A DNA stretch of 64,000 nucleotides from the NCBI GenBank assembly GCA_032718475.1, contig JAUCBJ010007030.1:62001-126000 (forward strand), written 5' to 3'. This DNA is from Nemertoderma westbladi. Taxonomy: Eukaryota; Animalia; Xenacoelomorpha. The position numbers and the translations under genes were made by a program. The notes beneath the pieces are model-generated. The model did not search any database, had not been told where the DNA came from, and worked only from the letters and a program-made list of their open reading frames with translations. Shown piece by piece: positions 24,334 through 36,538 of this stretch (the stretch's first letter is position 1; the number at the start of each line of letters is the position of its first letter).

Positions 24334-24437
24334 AAAAAATGAGAAAGCGCGTCACCGGGGGTTGAACCAGCGCTATACGTACGTTTCAGCCTATCAGGCC
24401 TCATCACTAGCGCTAACCAGTTCAGCCAATTGTCCCT
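24334..24437 (-). ncRNA. tRNA-like Pol III unit (A box, B box, T6 terminator) with an embedded hammerhead
   Basis: TGGCTGAACTGG...AGCGCTA-GTGATGA-GGCCTGATAGGCT-GAAA-CGTACG-TA-TAGCGCT-GGTTCAACCCC...TTTTTT. Confidence 0.7.
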
Positions 24438-25195
24438 GACATTCACTATCCCACCTAATCCACTTCTATTGAACAGGCAGTCTTAAGTTGCATAATGCAA
24501 CTTAAGACTTAATTAATCTCAAACACCTCGTCAGCTGGATATAAAATTAGCCAATGCCTATGGCCTATATATTATTGCACCAATGACCTAAAATGTTGTT
24601 TGCAAGTAGGTCTTTACTATACATTTATCAGCTACAATTGGCATAATTAACAGTGAATTTCCCATATTATAAAAATCAGTCTATGTTTTCATTACAATGG
24701 TAACTGATAATAATTTTTATTTTTGGTCAGTGGGATGGACTAATTTTGTTTATAGAGCTCTATTAATAGGTTGAGTGATACAGATTTGAATGAAGATCAG
24801 TTTTAAGTTTAAGACGATAAATGTTCGTTCTGGGTAGGTGGTAAACTTCCGTAATTAATGCAAGAACCGATTAAAAGTTAACATACAATACACATTGAGA
24901 CTCTCTTCCAAAGAAGACTGATAATAAAAATATCCAAACAAGACGGAGACCGCCAAGGGATGATATTTATGATCACTATGCTACAGTATGTAGAAAAAAA
25001 ACAGTAAATTTCATATTATTAAGTAATACAACTGTAAAAGCTATGTACTGGAGCTATCCCCCCCCCCCCCCCCTCACCTTGGCCCTATTGGCCTATTAGG
25101 ATTTAATATTAATATGACACTGTATTTGTAGTATTAAGAGATATTTAACCCGCATTCTTTTACACTATTGAGTAATTATTAGATATGTTACTCAC

Positions 25196-25355
25196 TTGAA
25201 GAATAGTCAAATTTGAATCCATATTTTGTGATACTGACATCACTCACTAACTTAAAGGTTAACTCGTTTGTGTTCGATATAATTCTTGCGGGATTTTCGT
25301 GCCCATTTGGTAAGTTTCCCGTGAATTGAGCTATCATATTAGGGCCGTCATATAC
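25196..25355 (-). CDS. CUB1 C-terminal half exon (VYDGPNMIAQFTG...LTFKLVSDVSITKYGFKFDYSS)
   Basis: cacag acceptor, gtgagt donor, VYDG and SD.S...GF motifs. Confidence 0.92.
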
Positions 25356-27179
25356 CTGTGTGAATTGCATAACTGATAAAGCACTGGTTTACTTTGACGA
25401 TTACGTGAATGAAATCTTTAAAATTGAGCAGTATTATTTAGGACGACAAAGCTGTGGCCTTAGGCCTTAGGCCACTGGCTTTCTAGTTTCCTAGTCGATC
25501 CAACGATCAACCACCTGTACTTCAGAACGGCTTCTCAAAGAAAAAACATATTTCAAACAGGATGTTGTACCTCGTCATTCGAAACTCGTATTGTGGAGGC
25601 GTGACTTATACAGCTTGGAGACAGGGGGGAAACTGGAAGCAAAATCCGCCTTGGCGAATTAATATCCCTCCTCAATGTTGAATTCTCAATTTAGGGAAAG
25701 GAGCTGGTTACAGTGGCACGTTATTTTAACCAAAACAATAAACTAAACACAATAGAACAAGTTACTGTTTTATTTTTGATGGTAATCAGCTGTTATTTGC
25801 GTTAAATTTCCCCTGAAAAGAATGAATTATTATTGCGTCCAGCCCCCCCCCCCCCCCCCCCCCCCCCCTATCTGACAGCTTGATACTTGTAATAAATTCT
25901 CCGTTTATTAGCAACTGGGGTTGCATGATAACAACTCTAATAAGCAACCGGTTTCCAATTCAATAATGTGCTTGACCTTTGATTATCAATGTGATCCGTT
26001 AAATAGCAACTGGGTATTCCGTAACAAATAACTTTAATTAGCGTTTTAATTAATTTTATTTCATTATTTTATCGTTTTATTTAATTAACTTTAATTTCGA
26101 TGAAATTTTCACAGCGGCTGGCTGACCGGATTCTAAGGTCCCTCGCATAATCTGTTAAGCCTTCCATAGACTCTGGGCTCGAAAAATAGACGTAAACGAA
26201 AAAACGCCCGAGGCGGATATTGAAAAATTATAGTGAGGGCCTCAGTAACGCTATTCAATGGATAGGCCCTAACTGCAGAGAAGTATATTACTTGCCAAGT
26301 TTTAGTAAGGCTGGGTATACTCACTCACTCTCTTCCAGTTTGTAATGTATCAATCCTGTCAGCTAATAGCTTTACCCTACCCAGTGAATCCTATGGGAAG
26401 ATCTTCAAGAAGGTTTCTCATACTCACTCTGCTATGTTAGGCAGCAGGCCAGCTGATTATACTGTGGATACGCGACTTTGGCATTATCAGATTATTCATT
26501 ATATCAGAAGATAAACAACTGTGTCAAACATTTTAATACCTACTGGTACTGGAGGGTAGCTAACAATGTGCTAACAGTTTACTGCGGATAGCATGCCAGC
26601 TGAATGATTTTTTAGTTAGTGAGTGTACGGCAATTGTGGGCCAATTTAGGAACTTGGAGTAATCGTTGTCGTAGTAGTACTTTCGAGCTATTATATTAAA
26701 TGGATAACTCAGGGTGGGGGCAGGATGGTGTCGTCGCGTTTCGGCAACAGTACTACTAATTTGGCTATATTACTGTAAGTTCATATTACTATAATAATTC
26801 GGTTGAATTCAACAATTTTTTATTAACAAAAGTAATTTGGGTGTAATTTGCTCTTTAGGAATTAATAGGCGTGAATTCTGAGTATAAACTGTTATTTCAA
26901 AAGAAGCACTTTAGAGTTTGTTAGGAGCAATCACACTGAAGTGAGTGGGTGAAAATAAAGCACTGCAATGTAGGCCTACTTTACAACAAATATGTATGCA
27001 AACTATACTTATGGAATTTGGTAATAAAGCCGCAAAGCAGGTGATTGCAGCACGTTCATTTATACTACTGTACACTATTTATATTATAAATAACCAAGAA
27101 GGCAATAATGCTATGCCGCTTATCAACAAAATTTCGCAACATTGAAACAGCTCTGTTATTGGAACCGAATGCTAATATG

Positions 27180-27556
27180 ATCCATGGTGACCTCTATATT
27201 AATAATATTATTCTAAGTAGAAATGCACTAATCTCAAAAGGAATTATTATCTGCATTTGACACACTAGGCTTAACTACCCATAATAAGTCTGAACCAACG
27301 AGATTACAGTAAGTAGAAAATCAGCAACATTATTAGATCTGGTAAAACATAGAACACAATCTCGTCCAAGAATGTAAGGTTTTCCCATTCTTCTACTCAG
27401 ATTATGAGCACACGGTACTACTGTAACTCTCAAACAAGCATAGCTCCAATACATCAGAAAATAAGTGGATAAACTTCAGGGACTTTAAAAAATTCAACAA
27501 TTCTGCTTTCTTAGCCGATATTAACAGTGTAAATTGGGAAAATATATATCTGTCAC
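27180..27556 (+). mobile_element. Degenerate LINE fragment left of the Gypsy insertion
   Basis: EPTR...DL and F..FNNSAFLADINSVNWE-like text, typical of the end of the LINE endonuclease region. Confidence 0.45.
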
Positions 27557-27584
27557 TGTAACAATTACTCCCCCTAAATACAAA

Positions 27585-29327
27585 AGCTATTAAGGGCTTG
27601 TGATCAGTTATTACTTTAAATGGTCTTCCATGCAGGTACGTATGAAATTTATGCACGGCCCATTTCAAAGCCAAAAATTCCCTATCTGTTGTGGAGTATC
27701 TTTTTTCTGTTGGAGTCAGTTTATGAGAAGCATACGCTATGGGTCTTTCATCAATTATTGGTTGACATAATACAGCTCCAATCCCCACTGAACTTGCATC
27801 TATTTCTAAGACAAATGGGGCCTCAAAGTCTGGCAAACGCAATACCATGTGTTCATCCTTTAAACATGCTTTCAAATGGGAAAATCCTCATTTGCATTCA
27901 TCATTAAATTTAAACTTATTTGATGGTAAAGTTTGAGCTGTATATAGTGGTGCCGCAATAGTTGCATAATTATGAATAAATTGTGAATAGTAACCGCACA
28001 TACCAGTGAACGTCTGTAATTGTTTTGGTGTTTTAGGTTCGTTATAATTCAGAATACCCTGAATCTTCTCCGGATCCGTCTTCATTAGGCCATTTTCAAA
28101 TATAAATCCAAATATTTTTATTGATTGTTTTCCAAACGAACATTTTCTTGGGTTTAGTTTCCATCCATCTTCGATTAATCTCGAGAAAATATTTTCCAGC
28201 ATATCAATATGTTCAGGAACATTAGTTGATGGAACTACAATATCGTCTAAATATGGATCAGGTAATTTCCTTGAACTTTCTGGTAGGTATTCATCTGTTT
28301 TTCTAACAGTTTGACGTATCTCTCTTTGAAACAATGGAGGACAGCGGTGAATGCCATATGGTGCTCTTGTAAATTTGTAAAATCCATTTCCTGCTTGAAA
28401 GGCAGTTTTGGGGCGAACTTCAGGATTGATCTTAATTTGCCAATAGGCTGATTGTAAATCCAATGTACTAACAACCGGACAACCTGATAATTGGTCGATT
28501 ATATCCGCTATGCGTGGTAAAGGATATTGGTCATGGTCAATGAGTTCATTAAGTTTTGAATAGTTCACACAAAATCTCTTTTTTCCTCCTGGCTTAGGAG
28601 CCAACAGGGCTGGGAAAGCCCATGGTGATTTACTAGGCTCTATCACTTTCATATCCAACATTGTTGTGACATGTTCCATGATTTCTTTCTCCTCAACTGC
28701 ACTCCGCCTATAAGCACGTTGAAATATCGGAGTATGATCTCTAGTCTCAAAATTAAGTTCGGCATGTTTATAACATCCTATATCTTCTGGAGAATTACTA
28801 AAGGCATCAGAGTATTTCCACAGTAATTGTGAAAGTCTACGTCTTTCATTCTCATTCCAATGAGCCGGTAGGCTGAACTGAGATAAAAAGTCTTCTTTCG
28901 AAAGTTCCTTTTTAATTGAAGCAGTTTCTGCAGGTAAACTAATTCGGGATAACCCAAAGTCGATAATTGCTCCACATTTATACAATATATCTCTGCCAAT
29001 AATAACACCGAAACGATTTGAATCAATAATACCGAACCAGTGATTACAAATTTTCCCACCAAGTTTAAATTCCAGCATTGCATATCCTAATATTTGAAAT
29101 GGATTTCCAACCAATGCCCTAAGTGTTCTATCTCCACAGCGAGTTTCTGTTGCAAATGATAACAATTGGTCATCATTCGGAATTAAACTAATTTCTGAAC
29201 CTGAGTCAATTAAAGCAGTTTTATGTTTACTCATACCACCTTTAACAAACTCAACAGAAACTGAACTGGCTGTCAGGGAACTACTGGACTGCGTTAGTTC
29301 GTCCCTGACAGCCCCGACAAGTTTTTT
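27585..29327 (-). pseudogene. pol: Gypsy pol (protease, RT, partial RNase H), frameshifted and truncated
   Basis: LIDSGS, SPWAFP, LDLQSAYWQI, YLDD, DASSVGIGAVL, TDHKPL; frameshift near 27880. Confidence 0.92.
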
Positions 29328-30010
29328 GACTTCACACAGTATCGAGAAATATGCCCACGTTGCCCACATGTGTAGCAAGTTAAATCCTTCCAACAGCGTT
29401 CAACAGTATGCCCAACTTTATTGCATGTTGAACATTTGAGTTTCATTCTTGATTCACTCCTATCGGTTGAAAAGTTCCTTCGACCGGTAATTCCTGCTGC
29501 AAACACGGAAGTTTCCTCGGGATCCGGAAGTTGTTGGATGAACTCGGCAACATCGCGCGAAGTTGCCTTCGGATTAGTCGCCCTCCATGCGAAAACTGTG
29601 GCTTTAATACTCGTCGATACGCTGTCAACTAAACGCTGAACAACCGCGTCGTCGCCGAGCGAAAGATAGTACGTTAAAAATTTCAATGTAATTAAACCTT
29701 TCTGGACTTCAGAGGGTTTCTCTAATTTAAACTTCGAGAAATCAACACTGGGCGATACCGGTTTCTTGCACTTATACCATTCCTTTTCCAGTGCTTCGAT
29801 TACAGTTTCAAAAGTGGAACGTTTATCAACGAGTTTGTACTCCATAGTGATAAGCAAATCTTCGGATACAAATTGTGGAAGCCATGTTAGTTTAGTTTCA
29901 CCATCCTTGGAATCAATATTTTTACGAGCATAGTAGGCGTCTAATTGTCTCTTCCACGCGTTAAATGATATGGAATCCACACTAAGATATGGTAAACTAC
30001 CCGGCGACAT
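29294..30010 (-). CDS. gag: Gypsy gag with two CCHC zinc knuckles
   Basis: CSTCNKVGHTVERC and CYTCGQRGHISRYC. Confidence 0.9.
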   Translation of the reverse strand: MSPGSLPYLSVDSISFNAWKRQLDAYYARKNIDSKDGETKLTWLPQFVSEDLLITMEYKLVDKRSTFETVIEALEKEWYKCKKPVSPSVDFSKFKLEKPSEVQKGLITLKFLTYYLSLGDDAVVQRLVDSVSTSIKATVFAWRATNPKATSRDVAEFIQQLPDPEETSVFAAGITGRRNFSTDRSESRMKLKCSTCNKVGHTVERCWKDLTCYTCGQRGHISRYCVKSKNLSGLSGTN

Positions 30011-30229
30011 TATAAACTGTTATATTTACACACTGCGCCAATGTTAAGATAACAGGTACGGTACTGAAGTAGGGTATCTAAAAGTCTGTCTTTCTCACAT
30101 TCCTACATTCCGCATTATATTCAACTAAAGAACAATAATCTCAAATCAAATCTCCCTCCATACACAAATAAGGCTAAAGTAATTCACAACAACTAATTCA
30201 CTACGTTACAGGGGCGTTATACACGGACA

Positions 30230-30575
30230 AAAAAATTATTGCAACAATATTCAATGAAGTTTATATAGATTTAGGTAATTTTATAACCAATGGCAATCCA
30301 GCTCATTCAAGTATAGGGAGAAGCCGGATATCTGGAAAGAAACTTAAAACTATATTCACATATAACGTGACACGAGAACTGACACACCAAATAATATCAA
30401 AACTAAAAGAAGATAAACCTAGTGGACCATCAAATATTCCAATGAAAATAATAAAATTGTTAAACCCAAAAATCGCTATAATATTAACACACATATTCAA
30501 CTGCTGTCTAACTCAATCGTATTTCCCAAAAAGACTCAAAATGCAATTGTCATTCCGATTTACAAAAAAGATTGT
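30230..30575 (+). mobile_element. LINE (L2/CR1-like) fragment right of the Gypsy insertion
   Basis: LKEDKPSGPSNIP...LTHIFNCCL..SYFP..LK.A.VIPIYKK pre-RT motif. Confidence 0.7.
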
Positions 30576-30990
30576 GGGGACTCCGAGCATAGAGACAATA
30601 TGGGAGTAGGTGAGGGTCTTGCCACGTTTAAATAAAAATTATAGATGGTTTACCGTATGCGCATTTTTCACGTTAATATATTAAAACATATATAAAAGCA
30701 ATTTAATTAAAATAAAATCTGCTCAGAGACCGGTAAATTAAGTACGTATAAATGTATATACTGTATGTTTGCAGACGGGAAGGGGGCGTACGACAATCAG
30801 ACAATACATACGGCAGTGCAGTGGGGTTATGTCCTGTCCTGGTGGCTATAGTATTTTTTGCCGAAAGGTATCTTTTTGCAGAAATTCAACTTTTTTTGCC
30901 AAATAGTGAATTTTTGCCGAATCGCAAAACTGTTGCCAAATCGTGACAGTTGCCGAAACGCGATGTAACCACAATGATATTTTAACTCAC

Positions 30991-31169
30991 ATATACAAAG
31001 TCCCGACCATTTTCTGTGTTATATTCTGTGAAATCAGTCTGTATGACATTTCCTTGAGGTAGTTTTATCTCATAATAACCGCAATAATTATTTGGGTAGT
31101 TATTCGGATGGTTCTTGGACACAACCTGCCCAGAGAAAGCTGTATAAGCGGTGTGTTCTTCTTGGCATA
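30991..31169 (-). CDS. CUB1 N-terminal half exon (CQEEHTAYTAFSGQVVSKNHPNNYPNNYCGYYEIKLPQGNVIQTDFTEYNTENGRDFVY)
   Basis: ttgcag acceptor, gtgagt donor, CUB motifs S.NHP.NYP and TE...D.VY; not present in the ORF track. Confidence 0.9.
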
Positions 31170-31419
31170 CTGCAATGAATATGATTAAGTATTAGAATTG
31201 GGGAAATCAATAATTTAATAAGAATAGCCATTGTCATTAAAATTTATTAATATTTATTAATAAGATTTTAGTCCAATTAAATTCAATTGCACAAAATAGT
31301 AATTATAAATATGTTGTTGGCGGGAAATTCAAATTTATGATTCAGAATATTATACAGTTATAGGATTCTGGGATTACTACAGTAGTAGTTTAGTTAGAAT
31401 AACTGTTTGACCTATAGCC

Positions 31420-33600
31420 TGGTAGCAGCCCCAATAAGGATTTCTATAACTGGTTTGTCAGCCCCTCGCCGTGCAGACCAGCCCAATCTCCAAACCACAA
31501 CTCCCGCCAGGAGCGATGGACACCCTGGTGAAGGCAGCGATGGAATTGGCCGGAGGACTGCGAACTGCAGCCACCGGCAAATACCCCCCAGCACGCACAT
31601 GAGAACTCTCTCATTCATACTATACTGCCCTGCCTTGACACGAGTGTCTCGGCAAGGTGGTGTATAAGAATCTGGTCCTCGGTGCAACATAGCAACCTGT
31701 TACGTCCACACAGCATTAAGCGGGTGCCACCTGTGGCTACATAGGGCATGTTACTACTTACTAAGGAAATAATCTGGTCTTTAATTAGGACACCCTTGGT
31801 TCTGGATTAAAAGGACCCATATACTCGCGGGAATTCCTGAAGACCAGTTGTGGTAACCAAAAAATAATAACCAAAAAATAATTATAAATAAGCGAATATT
31901 GCGGCCACATGCCTTGATTCAACGCTAAATTTGGTAAAAAAAAAAATGCACATGACAGGTACAGGTGCAAACTAGCAGACCATATATTTTGCTACTATTC
32001 GGCAGAGGCCAAATCTGGGAGCAAACCCATAACTGGGATTGGAAGAGGAAGAGGAAGAGAAGAAAGTGGAAGTTAATTTAGTGTATAAAGTATAATCAAT
32101 AAGATTTTGGGGGCAGTGCCCCCAAAGCCCCCCCCCCCCCCCCCCCGCACGAAACGGGCCTGCACCTACTGGAGATAGAATGACAATTATCTGAGTCCCT
32201 TTACTGATGACTTTTCTGGCCCAAACTCTGAGTCACCAGCAAGGCCAGATTGTGAAGGGAGAAGGATTCTGGAGTAGGAGGCTACTCTCATGTACCATTC
32301 CGACCAACCCAACCATTATTGGTGAACCTGAGTCAACTCATTAGCTAGACTTGACTCAGTTAGTTAATATTTCTACCACAGTGTACAAGCAGCTACTGGA
32401 GTTATATTTCTACCACAGTCTACAAGCAGCTACTGATGGAGTGGATCAGCATGCATTCTTATTTTTCCTGGATGCAAGTCTCCATCGCTTCTCAACATCT
32501 CCATGGGTATACAGTGGTAGTGTTAACCAAAATTCAGTCCATTTTAAGGAAATGGATTGTTTTCGGCTGGGAAACCGATCAAGAAGTGGACCTTGAAAGA
32601 TGTGGACTCTAACTGGACCCTGTGGGTACAAATCCCAGATAGACCATATTTTGTTTCATAAGAAATACTAGGGCTCTGTACATGACTGTGCAGCATTTAC
32701 TCTTTCGCTCCTTCACAAGTGATCATCTTCTTATTATGGACAAGGAAAGTCTTAGTCTCCATACTAGCCTGGCTAAGAAATCTTCTTTGTCATGACCATG
32801 AATGGTCTTCTCTGTTGCAATAGTGCTAAGTTGGAGAGCGCTTCCTGGGTGGACAGGAGGATCGTGTTGAGTAAACATACCACGAGGAGGATCACTCGGG
32901 ACGATATCTGGGTGAACTGTCAGTTGGAGATCAGGTCCGGATCCAATAGGAGCCGCTTATACTACGGAAATTCGGAGAAAATCCCGGATAAACGGGTAGC
33001 TGATTCTGGAGCCACGAATCCGCAATTATCTACCCAGTTTGAGATCCTGCTTCACACTACAGCTGAGCATAGTTTTGAGGCTTTTGCATCTGAGGAAGCA
33101 GATCACTGTCATGGATATACTGCCCTCGCAGGGGCAGTTAGGTTAGCAGCTCCAGAAATAGTTCATGTACACATTTGAAACAGGAAAAAGACAACCTGGG
33201 CTGATCACAGATTGTAAAATGACCTCTCTAAGGCGCAGAATATGTCCCACCATCTCATGTACACTAGGACAGCGACAGCCAAGGATGCAGTTGAGGCTAC
33301 ATCTAGATCTCTTAACAGGCAGTACTCTGACAGTAATCTGAAGGAGCTTATCAATAAGCAGGTTGATGCCATCAACAATGTTGATAACAGCTGGCACTCA
33401 GCTCAGACGTGGCACTTTGAGATGTAAACTATGAGCTTATGAGTTTCTTCTGAGTATTGCCTGATATCTTTGTGGTAAATTGTGTATCTGAGTCTATGCT
33501 CACAGATATTAGTCTATCCCCATTGCGCATTGGTGACATCTCCTTTGCTGACACCAAGACTGCTGCAAAGAGTATCAAGACCAATCGGGCCAGTGGAGGC
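31420..33600 (+). mobile_element. Fragmented RTE-type LINE (possible 5' UTR, endonuclease, linker) with internal insertions
   Basis: 32420-33600 closely matches 55890-56850 (GP.G.KSQIDHI, ELINKQVDAIN, IKTNRASG). Confidence 0.65.
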
Positions 33601-34230
33601 GTGATGGTTGCTCATATGCCTAATAAGCTAGGTTATACAGGGGTGGGAGGTTGTTTAGGATAGAATTGAGGACGTCACTGAGGTGGACACTGTTGAAGTT
33701 ATTTGCGAAAGCCACCTTTACCATGATGTTGGCTTCTTGTGATTCCTGAAGAAATCGCATACCGCTATGTAATGCTGCTTTTGCCCCTCTGGTTGCACCA
33801 CAGCAGAGTTGACATGGTGCTAGCAAAGCAAAGCTTGCTTTCAGCATGTTTTCGCAGTGAGCCGGTGTATTGTACACTGTACAGCTGAGAAGGGACATAG
33901 CTTTGCGTCATTCACATTTCAACATCAAGTTGGTTACTGTGGTGACTCCTCCCTGAAAGTTCGTTGCTGCATCACCAATGGAAAAAGAGCAGAGGTCTTT
34001 CAGGTTTTGGAGTCAGGATTTTCAGGATTTGGAGCTGATTGCTTTGGAAGGCTTTAATTGACTTATGGATTTCAAGGTAAGAGAGCTCAATGATTGGGGC
34101 TTTGGCATCATCTATTGAAGTTACACCTATATGATCTTCGGGTAGTTGGGATGGGCGTAGACATGGCCTACTTAAATGTTTAAGTAGGCCATAGTGTAGA
34201 GCAATGAGAGCATTTAGCATTGCCTGGTGC
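33600..34230 (-). mobile_element. CRE-like non-LTR retrotransposon RT fragment
   Basis: PCQLCCG..RGAKAALH...FL...KVAFANNFNSV resembles the CRE-clade QLG.G..GG.EAA.H...K.DF.NAFNS motif. Confidence 0.55.
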
Positions 34231-35199
34231 TATGGTGGTTGATGAGGATGCTCCGAGAGGGGGAGTCCCAAGGCTATATTTAAAGAAAAGTAGGTTTATC
34301 CACTCATGCATGGAGTTATGTTCGACTACTGCATTGCATAGCTTGGTTTAGTTGGTTGATGAGGCTAATTGTCTTGCTCCTCTGGGGTTGCATTTCAATG
34401 TACTATTGCGGATAAGAACTTTAAATAGTTTGAGGTAGTCATTGATGGACACTGGGTGGGTCTGATATTTGTTTGTTAATAATATTAATATGCTGAAAGA
34501 TACGCTGGTTTTTAGAGTAATCTCATTCGAATCAGCGACCCAGAAAACCTATAAAAATGCGTTGATATCAATCTTTTCCGGAACTTGAATGTTTCAAAAT
34601 TTTGAAGTGCCACGCACCATTTTTGGTGCACCAAAAATGAAGTACCACTACACTTACATACTTGTATAGTACAGTAGAGTGCTCCACACCACTTATAATC
34701 AATAAAAACCCCAAAATATCACTAAAGACAAACTCATAAATGATTTTGCTAAATATAGATTTTGATAAATGATTCAAAAAGATTTTGCAGGGGACCAAAT
34801 TTTGAGGTAGCACCCACATCAAAAAGTAGAAATCCATCTGCGACACCGTTTTTGTAAAAGATGCGCCATTAAATTTGACTAATTCCCAGAAAAACATTTG
34901 GCAGATACATAATGTGGTTGTGCAGTTTTACAGTAATTATAATATATGGCAGAGGGGGGGGGGGGGGGGGGGGGGGTTCTTTCGCCCCGGCGGGGGGCAA
35001 TTGCCCCCCGTCTCGTACGCCTATGTGAGCACAACTATAGTTCAGCTTTGAGGTGATTTATAAATAAGCTGAAGAATAACGGTGTCCCTTTCCCTTTCCC
35101 TTTCCGTAAAACGTCTAGTATGCAATCGTAAGGAGCAGATAATTGCCCATTTGATCGAACACAGGATTTTACGGAGCTCTACACAGTCTAATTACTCAA

Positions 35200-35560
35200 A
35201 TTAATGATAAATTTTCCACTGAACCCTAACGCCAATAGTTTAATCCATAATGCACTTATATCTACACTATAAACGGCTTTACGCAGATCAATAAATGCAC
35301 AATAAAGTTAATTGCTATTGCCCGAAAGAAAATGATCGATCAAGGATTTTAAGATTAGCATTTGGTCTACAATGGAATAGCCTGGTCTGAAACCACCTTG
35401 CGACTCCAATGTAATACCGAATGCGTCGGCCAACCATTGTAGACAACGATTTATTATAGATGTAAACAATTTACCGAAACACTCTATAGAGTAAAAGCTT
35501 TGCACCTTTTTTTTTAACAATGGGGCAACAATTCCTAATGCTTTCTTGTGGGGAAGTTAT
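35200..35560 (-). mobile_element. LINE RT fragment
   Basis: GIVAPLLKK, CFGKLFTSII, ESQGGFRPGYS..DQ, YCAFIDL.KA. Confidence 0.8.
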
Positions 35561-36538
35561 GAGTCGCTATTTAGATACAGCAAATGGACGAGTTGCGTCC
35601 AACCAACGATTCCGTGATTTGGACCCCTCCCACCCTCAATCTACGAATCCATTTCCCATTCTGCAGGCACCAGTAAATAACCTTTCTAAAATACTCCTCA
35701 ACCAGGACCAGAGAGACTTGCTCGGATTGGGGTTCACTTTCATTCCATACCATGGTACCGCACCCTCTGATGTTCTAGAGGCTAAGATTGATGTAGCCTC
35801 AGCAGCAACGAAAATTAGAACTAGATTTCGAAAATTGGTTAATCCACCTATGGATGAACAATCAGCAACGCCCCCTCAAACATCTGGCCAACTGCATCGT
35901 GCCACCGAAATCCCTGTAGCATCAAACACTTCTGCTACTCCCAAGGTTAGTACTGCCACGCAACTATCTCATACTCGTTCGCAACCGACAACGGCCCGCA
36001 AAAAACTATTCCCAGCCGCGAATACAGATGCTTATGAACCAACACCCCTTGTTGAAGTAATACAAGAGCTCAACAGAGCGAATCAACAGCCGGCTCCACG
36101 GACCCGACCCCGGGTAGAGTGCAGTTTGCACCCAGATTTTCCTTTGCAACTTGACCGCCGAGCTGGAGTTCTCATTCCTGACACACCTTCTTCGCGCACC
36201 CGTTCGAGAACAGCACAGGATTCAGTTAACTACAATCTGCGAGGTAAGAGTAATTCTAGACTTAACGCCATCCCGCAGTCACCCCCTATTGCTGTTAAAC
36301 CTCCTGATCCCCCTCACTTTAGCCATCCCCGTTGGGTAGCGTCATCTGTAGACAGCGTTTCTGTTGAGAATATTATTTCTGGCTTGCACAGAGCAGTGCG
36401 AAGGGTCAATGTAGATAAACTTAATGAGGATGTACGCCCTAATATCACCCCAGCACAGCAGTTGGCTCTCAAACAGCTCCGAAATAACAAGAATTTAGCA
36501 TTCCTTAAAGGTGACAAAACTGCTAATATTATTTTTTA

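Larger units (their letters stand above)
27585..30210 (-). mobile_element. 3'-truncated Ty3/Gypsy LTR retrotransposon
   Basis: 169-bp TG...CA LTR at 30042-30210, PBS TGGCGCAGTG, gag, protease, RT and part of RNase H; no integrase or second LTR. Confidence 0.92.

Noticed and set aside
31420-31740. Possible HDV-like ribozyme in an RTE 5' UTR (also ~45240-45320)
   Set aside because: GC-rich and structured, but I could not build the nested double pseudoknot by eye
35520-35560. ATG at 35520 as the Penelope start codon
   Set aside because: It falls in the antisense strand of the adjacent LINE fragment (GIVAPLLKK), so it is probably fortuitous
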